Source: Lama guanicoe (taxonomy: Eukaryota). Taken from it: a stretch of 64,000 nucleotides of DNA. Position 1 is the stretch's first letter; each line of letters starts with the position of its first letter. The notes below the pieces were generated by a model, which did not search any database, was not told the origin of the DNA, and worked only from the letters and a program-made list of their open reading frames with translations. The translations under genes and the position numbers were made by a program. The stretch is from NCBI GenBank assembly GCA_013239625.1, contig MU054120.1:434001-498000 (forward strand). Reading direction: 5' to 3'. Positions 1 through 10,990 of the stretch are shown in pieces.

Positions 1-1750
1 AGGGTGGGGGTTGGCGGGCCAGGGCCTGCTGGATGGGGCCGAACTCTGCCCAGTCGAAGGTCTTGGAGTGCCCCTCCCACCTCCGCTCCCGAGCCCAGCT
101 CCTCTTCTGCTGTGGGGTCTGGCTCTGTGAGCTCTGCCTCCTGCTCCAAGGGCAGCCTCGGGTCTCCAAGGTGTGCACTGCTCTGGTGTTCCTCCAATGG
201 CAACGAGCTGGTCACCTCCAGTGCGGAGGTCAGGCGGACATGTTTCATGATGGTCTGGATCCAGTTCCACCAGATTCCAGACGTCACAGCGGAGAGGGTG
301 AAGGTGTGGATCTGAAAGCCCTGGTTCCTCTGCACCGGTACTCAGTGATGTCCTAACGTGTGGACAAGTCGATTTCCCAGTCCAGGCCAGCCGCCGCCTC
401 AGCACAGAATCCCTGTAGTGTTTCAGGCTGTGATCAGCAAGCACAAACCTGTGTTTCTTCCACTGGCCATCCTCATACTGTTTGGTCAGCCAGCCTTTCT
501 TGAAATTCAGCAGGTTGCTCATCAGGGAGGACTCTGTCGACCTCCTTTCCAGGGACTTGGCTCTTTGGTGGGGAGATGGGGAAGCCTAGGCGTCCGGCAG
601 AGGAGCATCCCTGGGGAGGTCCCGCTTCCTGGGGCAGGGGCGGTGCCCTCTTCTTGTGGAGGCCCTGGCAAGTGTTTCTGGATGGTGAGGACCCAGCCAA
701 TGAGTTAGTCTTCATGTCCTCTGCCTTCTCGATTGATGTCCAGGGCCTCAAACTTCTCAGTGACCTGGGACACCCTGATGTTGGGGGTGCTGGGGCTGGG
801 AAGGGAGAGCTGAGGGGGCAGCTGCTGCTCCTCGGCCTTCACATCCTGCTTGGTCTTCTTTAGGGAGAAGTATTCGCTCTGCGCCGGACTTTACGACCAG
901 CCCATGTGGTCGCCGCCTGGGGCGCTCTCCTTGTCTCTGCTCTCCAGCCCGGGCTCCCTCCGGGTGCCAGCAGCAGGGAGCTGGCTCTGGCTAGGACTCT
1001 CAGCTGGACTCAGGTCGCTGCCATCTGGCCAGTCCTTGGCCCTCATTGCTTCCTGCCAGAGTGTAGACCTGGTGGTGGGGACTTTCTCAGCACTGGGGAA
1101 GCTGCTGCCGCTGGTGACAGCCATCTGCTGGCCATGGCTCCTGTCAGGTAGGAGGCTCCACCTTCCGCTGCTTCTGGTTCCGTTTGTTGGTCCTGGGATA
1201 GACCGTGAGCATCTCCAACCACCTGCTGATGATCTCCTTGGCTGGGATGAACTGTTCCTTCTCGGGGTTCAGAATGCACAGGGAGAACTTCTGGCCCGTT
1301 CAGCCCTCCCGGTCCACCATGTCCATGCGCTGTTCATGTTGACGGTGCCCTGAGGGAGGGTTGTGGGCATCTCATCCAGGGCATAGCGCAAGAGGCCCTG
1401 CTCCTAGAGGATGCAGAACTGGCGCTGCCGTTTCTGGGATCGGACCCGCCAGCCGCCATAGATGGGTTTTGCCTGCGTCAGGTCCTGGTTGGTGAGCAGA
1501 TGTGACTCGCGGGGCTTGAAGCAGTTCTGGTGATACTTGTTCTTGTTTAAGAAGTTGGCCTGGAATTTCCAGCACGGGTTCTCCTTGGCCGCCAACATGG
1601 CCGGGCTCAGGCTCAGGCCGGGCGCTGCTGCATCCCTGGCCCCTGCCTCCAGCTGGCACGCAGGCCGGGGCCCATGGACACGGCCTCGCGCACCCGCCCC
1701 GCTGCGGCCTCTGGGCGCCGCCCTTGCAGCAGAGGGGAGCGGAGCCAGGC
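1..1750 (-). pseudogene. MPRIP: Processed (retrotransposed) pseudogene of myosin phosphatase Rho-interacting protein; continues past the left edge
   Basis: The minus strand from the ATG at 1598 (context gccATG) reads MLAAKENPCWKFQANFLNK...QNCFKPRESHLL..QDLTQAKPIYGGW, then [76 protein letters not shown] and [16 protein letters not shown]. These match the MPRIP N-terminus, PH1 and PH2 as I recall them, contiguously and without introns. It is disabled by TAG at 1404-1406, further TGA stops, frameshifts and deletions. GC-rich 5'UTR at 1599-~1750. Confidence 0.95.
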
Positions 1751-2141
1751 TTTGTTCTTGACTCACACATTCTCCTGCAAGGTTGGAAAGGGCAAGTTCA
1801 TCTGTGGTCCGCAGTCATGGTCCTGCTTCCCTGCTCTGTCCCCCACCCTCAGCCTCATGATCAGCCCCAGGATTCCGCACTGCTGTTTTCAACATTAGAG
1901 GATAGTTTTCTGTGTTTTTCGCTCATTTGGTCAATACTAAAGAAACAGCTCTGAATTGGCTACAGCTTTTTTAAGGCTCTGAAAAAGTATATTTTTATGT
2001 TGAAAAACCAAATTAAAATATTCTAAGAATGAGTTTGGGGGGAAGGAGAATGACTCCACCCTGTAGGATACTCAGAGATAAAGCTTTTCTGTGCCTCCCT
2101 GTCTCACGGCTTCCTCTCCTTTTTTCACCTTAATCACCAAT

Positions 2142-2506
2142 TATCTTAGTCTGTTGGGGCTACTATAACAAAAACGCCTTTTACTGGGTGGCTTATGCAA
2201 CAGACATTTATTTTTCACAGTTCTGGAGGCTGGGAAATCCAAGATCAAGGAGCCGGCAGATTTGGTGTCTGGTGAGAGTCTGCTTCCTGGATCGTAGAGG
2301 GCTGCCCTCTCACTGTGTCCTCACATGGAGGAAGAGGTAAGAGGTTCTCTGGGGTTCTTCTATAACAGCACTGACCTCATGCATGAAAGATCCACCTTTA
2401 TGACCTAACCATCTCCCAAGGGCCCCACCTCATAATACCATCAAATGGGAAGTTAGAATTTCAACGTATACATTTTGAGGGAGACATAAGCATTCAGTTC
2501 ATTACA
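2142..2506 (-). mobile_element. MaLR solo LTR (MLT1A-like)
   Basis: Typical MLT1A text (cttagtctgttggggctactataacaaaa...cacagttctggaggctgggaaatccaagatcaagg...cattcagttcattaca). ~365 bp, with 5-bp TSD-like flanks ccaat/ccaaa. Confidence 0.85.
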
Positions 2507-4234
2507 CCAAATAAATTCAATGAAAGGTCACCGAATTTTATTCTGCACCAAGCATGGTTTTCAGAACTGGACAAATGTTGTTTAGAAGGGTCTGATCTGG
2601 ATCTTGCTGAGCATAGGGTGTTATAGGAGAGGTAAAAACTGCCTGAGGAAAACAAAGGAAGAAGGAGCTACATCTAGTTGGAGAATTGGACAGTAATCAG
2701 AAAGGTACATTTCAGCTGGACTTTGAGAAATAAGTCATATTTTGCCACAAGTAGTGGGGGAGCAGAGAAGCGGTTTCCAGGAGAGGGAGGTGCCATGTGT
2801 GCAAAAGCGCAGAAGCGTGAAAGAGCGTGGCCCATTAAGGAAACAAGGCATGGTGTTGGAGAGGCAGACGATGAAGGAATCTGGAATGAAAGGTGGGCCA
2901 TCTTGGGGCATGTGTGCTTGGTTTAGATTCTGTCTTGAGGAGCTTTTGGTTTTCTGACTGACCAGGAGTCTCATCATTTTGCCAGTGGGATTTGTGACCT
3001 ATCTTAATATATGAATACTACCAAAGTGATATTTGCTGTGTGCAGACCACAGTGAAAACGAATTCCCTTATTACTCCTTGTATCTACGGGGGTAATGCTT
3101 GAATATCACTTAGTTGTCCCAAAGTAGGAAAACTGTGACCTTAACATGGTACATTCATAAAACAGGACATTGTGAAGTAATCTTAAAATAATTGTGACAC
3201 TGAGGAAACTGGCAATAGCATATTGCACTGCTCAGTGGCGTAACTCATAAATGGTGAATCATGGTTTAAAGTTTAGTTCTGTTAATACCTAGTCCAAATC
3301 TCCCCTACTAAACCATAAATGTGAAATTTTCCTATGAATAAGAAAATAGATTATTTTAGTAGAATGTTTTCATTCCTTTAGTCCACAAACATTCATTAAA
3401 TCACTATTATGTACTTGTTTTTCTTACTTCTTACTTGACATCTTTACAAATAGGATACAGATCTTAAAATATTATAGCAAAAGATATGCCTAATGTTGGT
3501 AGAGTGGCATTATTAAACCTGTTTGGAATCTTATTGGTGCCATCAGGATATGTTTTTTTTTTCCTTCTAATTATCTTTCCATTGGAGAATTCAGCATTTG
3601 GCACCATGAGAGCTGAACAAGGAAAAGTTACCAAGCTTATTAAAATAAAAGATCCAAACTACATTGATAATCTAAGAAAACCTATGTTTAATTACAAGAC
3701 ATGCAAAATGTACATACTAAAGTAATCTGATACAGAAATTCATGAAAAGAAGAGTGAACACTGTTAATCTTTATGTAATTCATGTCAATCTGGAACTACA
3801 CTAGATTGACATGCCTTTGTAATTTGTTGAGGGTTAATGAAAATTGAAAAGGAAAAGCTTTTTTTGGTCAGTTTCCTTCTGGCATAACACTTGGTTAGAA
3901 ACCTTGACAGGTGTGTTCATTCTTTTAGGATGAACACTGAAGAACCATTAAGTGAATTACTTCTGCTGTGCACTCAATGGCACTAGAGATTTAAATCATT
4001 AAAGGGTGTTCCTAGAAGCCTGAATTATTCCCAGGGAATGTTTTATAAGGATCACGATAAAATCCTGCTGTTATTTTTGTTTCTTCTGGATAAGTTAATG
4101 AAGGAGCAACTTTAGAAAGTAACTGAGCCTGTATCTTGTTAGCCATTTCTTTTGACCAGAGTACTCTTTAGATTGTTGTGTGTAAATTTCAAATATCTCA
4201 GTGATGTTTTTCAGGAAGGCATATATGTGACTAT

Positions 4235-6620
4235 TTTATTAAAACAGCTTTATGGAGGTTGTAACTGACGTACAATAAACTACACATATTTGGAGTGTAT
4301 AGGTCGACATTTTGACGTATACATGCAACCATAAAACTAACACCACAATCAAGAAAGTGAGATATTAATCTCACCCAAAAGGTTTCTCAGGCCTCTTTGT
4401 AATTTCTTCCTCCTGTCCTTTATCTTTTCCCTAAGCAACCACTGATCTATTTTCTGTTACTATTAATTTGTATTTTCTAGAACTTGTGTAATAGGAATCA
4501 CACAATATGCATTCTTTTTGTCTGATTTCTTTCCCTCAACATAATTATTTTGAGATTTATCTATGTTTTTGCATATATCAAGAATTAATTTCTTTTTATT
4601 GCTGAAAAATATTCCATTGCATGAATACACTGCAATTTACTTATCTGTTTACCTGTTGATGACATTTAGGTTGCTTCCAATTTGGGATTTTTAACAAGTA
4701 AATAGCTATGGATATTTGTGTACAATTCTTTGGCACCTAATGGGTTTCCATTTCTCTTGGGTAAATACTTAGAGAGTGTAATGGTTGTGTCATATGGTAG
4801 ATATATGTTTGAGGTTTTTATGAAGGCTTTATATTTACTTAGTCTTTTTTGTGGCACAGAATATGATCTTACTTGGTCTTTGTTCTTAATGCGCTTCTAA
4901 CAAGTGTTTTTTCCACTTTTTCCTGGGTGGAGCAGTCAATAAATATGAAGTGTGTTAAAATGGTTTGAAATATGGCTCAAATCTCCTATATCTTTACCAA
5001 TTTCTATGACTACTTTTTCTGTCAATTATTGTGAGAGGAGTATGAAATTTTGTTTTATAATTATAGATAATGTTTATTTCACTTGACAGTTTTAGAAGTT
5101 TTTGTTTTACGTGTTTTATTGGGTTCATAAATACTTAGAATATTTGTATCCTCTGGATGAGTTGGCTCACATATCATTTTCAAATATATTTTGTCTAATA
5201 CTAATATGTACACTCCAAAAATATTTACACTCCATATTTCTTTGTATTAATGTTAACATGGTACAAGTTCCCATTCTTTTTTTACTTGCAAGCTACTTAT
5301 GTCTTTATATTTAAAGCAGACCTCTTGTAGGCTGTACATAGTGGAGTCTTCATTTTTTTACCTGTTCTGACAGTCTCTCTCTATAAATTTGTGTGTTTAG
5401 ACCATTTATGTTTAATGTGATTATTGATAAGATTGAGTTTAAATATAATATGTTGCTAATTTGTTTTCTAGTTATTTTTTTCTTAACTCCCTCTTGCTTT
5501 TTCTTTTTTTTTTTTTTTTTTTTTTTTGGTTTTTGTTTTTTTTTTTATTTTTTTTTTTTTTTTTTTTTTTTTTGTCTTATTTTGGATTGAGTTTTGTTTA
5601 TGAATTCATTTAATCTCCTTGATTGGATTATTAACTCTCTCAGTTGCTTCAGTGTTACTGTACACATCTTTACCTTATCACAGCCTACATTCAAGGTATA
5701 GTCTTCGCTTTCACTATAATAATCTTCAAAATTATACTTCCATTTTTCTCATTCTGGATTTTGTGTTTTAGATGCCATATATTTCACTTCTACACGTGCT
5801 ATATCACTTTAGTTCTACGTTACTTTTTAAAACAGATGTAAATAATAGAAAAGTTTTATATGTACCCATGTAGTTACCATTTCTGGTGCTTGTCATTTCT
5901 TTGTGTCGATAGAGATTTTCACCTGTTGTCTTTTTCCTTCTGCCTGAAGGACTTTCTACTTCATATTTTTGTACTCCAGTTCTGGAGATGAAGTTTGATT
6001 TACATTTCTCTACTTAAAGTGTTCAGTTATGGATTCCAATTATAATAGCTGATTCATTGTTCTTTTCCATTAATTCTATCATCTGCAGCATTTCTGGGTC
6101 TATTTTGATGGATTGATTTTTCTCCTCGTATTGGCCACAGTTTCTTGCTTCTTTGCACGCCTGGTAGTTTTTTTTACTGGAGACCAGATGTTGTAAATTT
6201 TACCTTATTGTGTAAAGGTTTTTCCTGTAAATAATTCTTGAGCATTTTTCTGGGATTCAGCTAGCAGGAAGAGTTCAATCTCTTCAGGTCTTGATTTTAA
6301 ACTTTGTCAGGCAGGCCCAGAATAACATTTCATAGAGGCTTAATTTTTCCCACTGGTGAGGGAAAACCCTTCTGAGTACTGTCCCCATCATGAGGTTTTC
6401 TACTGTGGCCGGTGGGAGCAGGAGCTCTTCTCAGCCCTGTGAGATATCCAGAGATTGGTCTCTCACATATTTTCTAGTCATTCTTTTACCAGCTTCAGTA
6501 GATCCTTCACACAAATACAGTGATTAATATTCAGCCAGTTCCCCAAAAGGGCCCTTTGACGATGCCTGGAGCTCTCTCAGCCTGTGTTTCTCTCTTTCTC
6601 AAGAATCATTCTTACGTAGT
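4235..6620 (-). mobile_element. Old LINE-1 (L1M-type) fragments
   Basis: L1M 3' UTR motifs (aatattccattgcatgaatacac..., ttaggttgcttccaatttggg) followed by T-rich antisense ORF1/ORF2-like and 5'-region sequence. Confidence 0.75.
5497..5573. repeat. Interrupted poly(T) tract
   Basis: About 75 nt of almost pure T with a few interruptions, inside the old L1. Confidence 0.9.
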
Positions 6621-6959
6621 TAAGAAATTTTAAGAGAATGGATTTGAAGACATACAAGTATCACAAAATAGAAATATTCTAATATAATAGTAATTTATTT
6701 TTGTACAAAAGACCCAGAAGAAAACCATTTATTAGTTTCTTTTAGTCAGTATGTACAAACTATTACTTGATACTGTTCTAAGCGTTGTGTAGATGTATGA
6801 GAGATGATATTTTAACTCAAAAAGCTACAATAAAAGTGCACAAAAGCATTGGAAATGTTCCACTCCAAGAAATTATGGGAAACAGTATTTTCTCATAAAA
6901 CACATACACACAGACACATGCTTTTAAATCAAGCTTGTACTTAAATCCTGGCTTTTCCA

Positions 6960-7400
6960 TTTCCTAGTGATGATACAGACAACTCAGTTAACAAACACTT
7001 TGCCTGTGCATCTTATATTCCAGTGGTGGACAGTGAGTAAATGAACTAGAATATACATAATGTACTATGTGTTTAAAAGCTCTGGGGAAAAAATAAAACT
7101 GGGTAAGAAGGGTAGGGAGTAAGGAAGATTAAAGAATATGGTGGGTGCTTTTTTGCAGTTTTTAAGAAGACCTTATGATAATTCCGTCATTCGAGCAGTG
7201 CCTACAGGCAGCAAGGAAGTGAGCCAGTTAGGTATTTGGGTGAAGAGAGTTCAAGAGAAGGAAACAGCAAGTCAAAGACTTGAGGTAGGAGTGAGTTTGG
7301 TATATTTGAGATAAAGAAAGAGCCCCCGTGTGGTCAAAGTAAAGGAGGGAGAGGATAGGCAGTAGGGTGACAAAGCCATCTAATATTTCATAGGACTTGG
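6960..7400 (-). mobile_element. LINE-2 fragment
   Basis: Purine-rich L2 motifs such as gagagttcaagagaaggaaacagcaagtcaaagacttgaggtagga. Confidence 0.6.
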
Positions 7401-7779
7401 TGCTGAATGTTGGTCAGGCATTTCCGTAGGCAGTGAAACCATTGTGATGAATATGACTTACACTGTTCCTAATGTCAGAGAGTTTAAAGACAGTCAAAGA
7501 ACTCAGTAAATCCTCCCTCCCCAAAGGTTACTTAAAAGGTTCAGCAGTTATAATTTAAAGTAAATTATTTAAGTAAATTTATTAATGCTGTATGCCTACT
7601 TAAGAACAAAACTTGTATTTGAACTCACCATTTTAATCAAGAAACCCGAGTTTAATCAAGAAACCTGAGTTATTTTACTGCAAATACTGGTCACATGCAG
7701 AGATAATTAATCTATTCTCTATCATTCCTCAATTCTTGTCAGCCACAGCTGTCTTCCTTTATTATCTAACATAAGATTT

Positions 7780-7837
7780 TGACACAACATTGTAAAATGA
7801 CAATAACTCAATAAAAAAAAAGTTAAAATAAAATAAA
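7780..7837 (+). mobile_element. Extremely 5'-truncated young LINE-1 (3' tip plus A-tail) with TSD
   Basis: tgacacaacattgtaaaatgacaataactcaataaaaaaaaagttaaaataaaataaa, flanked by the direct repeat ataagattt (7771-7779 and 7838-7846). Confidence 0.8.
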
Positions 7838-8519
7838 ATAAGATTTCATCCCTCAAAACCTGCCTAACTCCAATTGATGCACCTATGTGGAGATCTTGGG
7901 GTACGTATTAGGTCCTAATAATTGTAGAATATGGAACAAAGAGAGATAATGTGAAAAAGACTCAGGTATATTGAGTTTAGTGTGTGGGGTGTACGCAAAC
8001 TACTAGGGCATGTATCTTTCAGAATCTTTTCAGTTGTAAACCTAAATCAGGGCTTTTCAACATAAAGCCAAGAATTTTTTGCATTATTTTTCTAACTCAC
8101 TAAAAGAACGAGAGATACTGGAAAAGTGTATTTTAATCTTCAAGTTCCTTATAATTGATAGCAGATAATGTTGGGTCCATGATGGGTAATAATTCTTCCA
8201 GAAATATTTTTTCAAGGGTTGGGAACAAATGTTTCTTCAAGTGCATCCGCTGTAGTCATGTTTCTTTTCTGTTGGAGATGTGCCTTACCTGCGGGAGCTT
8301 TTGCTGATAGGAGGACAGAAACAATACTTGACCAATGAAAGCACGTTCTATTGGACAACTTGATTGGGAGTGTTACATTTGTAAGCACTCTTCACGCAGT
8401 ATTTGCCAAGGAATAATGAATAATTAATATTATTGCTGTCACTGTCTGTCTTGCAGTCATACAGGGATATACAGTATTACTAGACCAGAGCATCCTGGAG
8501 GCCCAGAACGAGTTTCACC

Positions 8520-8900
8520 TCAGAGTTACCAGGGAGAGACAAGGAATCTTCCATTCTTTGAGTCCCTGGTTCTTGGCCATGCACTGTGCATGCCATGCAC
8601 CTCTTCTGCAGTTGGCCACTTCAAATCTCTCTCAGCTATTCCACAAATTATTTCTGTCACATCTTCTAGTTCCATTTTTGTTAGGTAATCAATGAAGTTA
8701 ACGTTCTTACTCCCGTTTCTTCTCAGTGTCACAAATATTCTTGGGCTTATTTTCGTTAGGGGTCCAAACACTTCCAGCTTCTGGAAACATAGCTCTCAGA
8801 ACATCAACAGGGGCATGTGAGCTCAATGCCCCTGTTTCCATGCATGACATTCAGCAGGGTCAGAGACAGGCCAAGGGAAAAATACAGTTCTCCTTCATTT
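8520..8900 (-). mobile_element. Probable ancient RTE-clade LINE (L4/MamRTE-like) RT C-terminal fossil
   Basis: Minus-strand frames give ELYFSLGLSL, VLRAMFPEAGSVWT and EDVTEIICGIAERDLKW...WPRTRDSKNGRF..PW. These fall in the same order as the RTE motifs EYIYLGQ, VLPVMTYGAETWT and DII...LKW.WAGH...W.PR..KR..GRP..RW. Confidence 0.45.
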
Positions 8901-9639
8901 TTACTTAATTTTTTGCAAAGCTTGTGACTAGAGCTACCATAATGACTAAATTGTTTCTTGATCTTAAAAATTTGGCATTTCTTTATAGAAATTATTTTTC
9001 TTCAAAAGTGATCAGAAAATGATCCTTTTTTTCTACCAGAAAGGAACTCTTTACATGTAAATTATTAATATGCAAAATCAACATCATGCAATAAAGTTTA
9101 TGCTTCTAAAATATGTTTTCATTTCAAGTATGGTTTTATTAATAATAAGAAGAGATATTTTCTGGGATATTCTCAGTTGTATTTTGTATGAAAGATTTTA
9201 TTTTTCTGGACAAGTCCTACTGTTGAGCTGTATTAATTGTAATAAAGTGACATTTGTGGCAGTTACATTATTAGTTCTTCTCTTCATACTCCAATTTTGT
9301 GAAATCAGGAAGAATTTCATTGTAAAACTGAAGTCTAATTTATGTGGAAATTTGATATGTCAAATTCAATTCTGTTTGTAGACATTTACCCATAACCAGC
9401 ATGAAACAGAAGGATTTCTTTCCTTTGCTCTAATATGTCATAGTAAAGAAACTACAAAAATCCCAAGGAAAATGAAAATAAACAGCAAGTCATGATTCTC
9501 GATCTTGTCTATAGAGCCAAGGATGTTAAATCTTAATGCTCACTGCTAAGAGCAATAATTTCACTGAGTTTGCTGCATCTCGTATCACTCCTAAAAATTG
9601 ATAAAGTGTCCGGCTGCCACTGATTTAGTGTGATAGAAG

Positions 9640-9850
9640 TAATATTAACAAACAATTATTATGTGCCAGGCAATGTGCTAAATCTGTCCATTTAATCTTC
9701 GTCAAATCTTCATCTATTTTGTTGCATCAATGACACTCAGGCTTTCAGAAGTTGTGTAATTTCCCAGGGGTCACAAGGCTTGCAATTGGTGGAGCCAGGA
9801 GTTGAATCATACCTCTCCAATTCCAAGTTAAACACTTTCCCCCAAACGCA
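9640..9850. mobile_element. MIR SINE fragment
   Basis: atgtgccaggcaatgtgctaa...atttaatcttc...gtaatttcccaggggtcacaagg...ggtggagccaggagttgaa is the MIR core. Confidence 0.7.
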
Positions 9851-9984
9851 GACTAATGTACTGTAGACACTTAATATCATTGCAGTGAATAACTAGCTGA
9901 CTCTTGTCAGCATATGTCTTTCTGCAGAGTGATATTGATGAATAATATGAATTATAATTATTTGTTGATTTTTCTATTTTCCTT

Positions 9985-10990
9985 AAAGACAGTTCCCTAT
10001 ATTTCTTACTATTATCTCCACACAGAATTTATGTGATTTTTAAAATATATGTTAGATCATATCACTCCCCTTTTTAAACCCTCCAGTTCCCTCTTGTTTC
10101 TTTGCATAATATTCCACATATAACAGAAAAATAAAATAATGATCTCCAAAACTATATATTTTAAATCTCAGTTACACCTTCAAGTTTCATTTCAGCCCCA
10201 CTCTCCCCCTCTTCTCACCTCATGCTCAGTATCCTTCAGCCTCGCCAGCCTCCTCTTTGTAATACTGAAGATACTAAATTCATTTTTCAAGGGTCCTTGT
10301 TCTTGCTATCCCTTATGCTAGAATATTCTTTTGAAATATTGGTTGGAAATTTCCAAGGGAGTTGGGGGGGACAGATGGTAAAGTAAATAAGGACATTTGA
10401 GGAAGAGAAAATATAATATGAAAATTCATTTATGAGAAACAAAAATAAACAAAATATCTTGTGTGGGTGTCTTGGGAGGTAAGAAGCTTTGTGGGGTGAG
10501 AAAGTAGATTGGCATGTGTGAGCATGTTAGGAGATGGATGAAGCATGGGTTGGATCATTAAGACTTATGTTGTGGCCATTTTTATTTGTTAATCTGATTT
10601 TAAGGTAACTCTGGTGTGTGGAAGACAGAATAGACGATATAAGAGACCAGAAACCCAGGGGTTGTGTCAGAGCCTGGAGCATTATTTCAGGAGATAAGTG
10701 GAGAGTGTTGGAACAAAGGTCACACCAGTGAGAATGGTAAGTGGTGGTTAGAAAGATGAGATCTTTTTGAGGTTTGGGACTTGACCAATTTGATATGATA
10801 TGTGATGGGGTGAGAGTGATTTAGAATATTTAGGGCAGTGCATTGGCATTGGTGTTAAAAAAAATTGTCAAAGGTGTTCAGAAATACTTTTGACTGGATT
10901 GATCTCCTAGGAGGGAGCCTTTATATCAGATCCTGAAGGACAGGTGGATTTCCAAAGTCAGACATCACAGAAAGGAGCAAGCACCTCAAG
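9985..10990. mobile_element. LINE-2 fragments in both orientations
   Basis: Pyrimidine-rich L2 3' motifs (gttagatcatatcactcccc...) at 9985-10330, then purine-rich antisense L2. Confidence 0.55.

Noticed and set aside
4..1353. Long plus-strand ORFs (103-167 aa) at the left end
   Set aside because: They are antisense shadows of the GC-rich MPRIP pseudogene, with no independent coding signal.
1404..1766. 120-aa minus ORF as a functional truncated MPRIP
   Set aside because: It starts at a non-ATG codon in the flank, has a deletion in PH1 and ends at a premature TAG, with further stops and frameshifts downstream.
5393..5590. Poly-Phe ORF
   Set aside because: It is the translation of a poly(T) tract.
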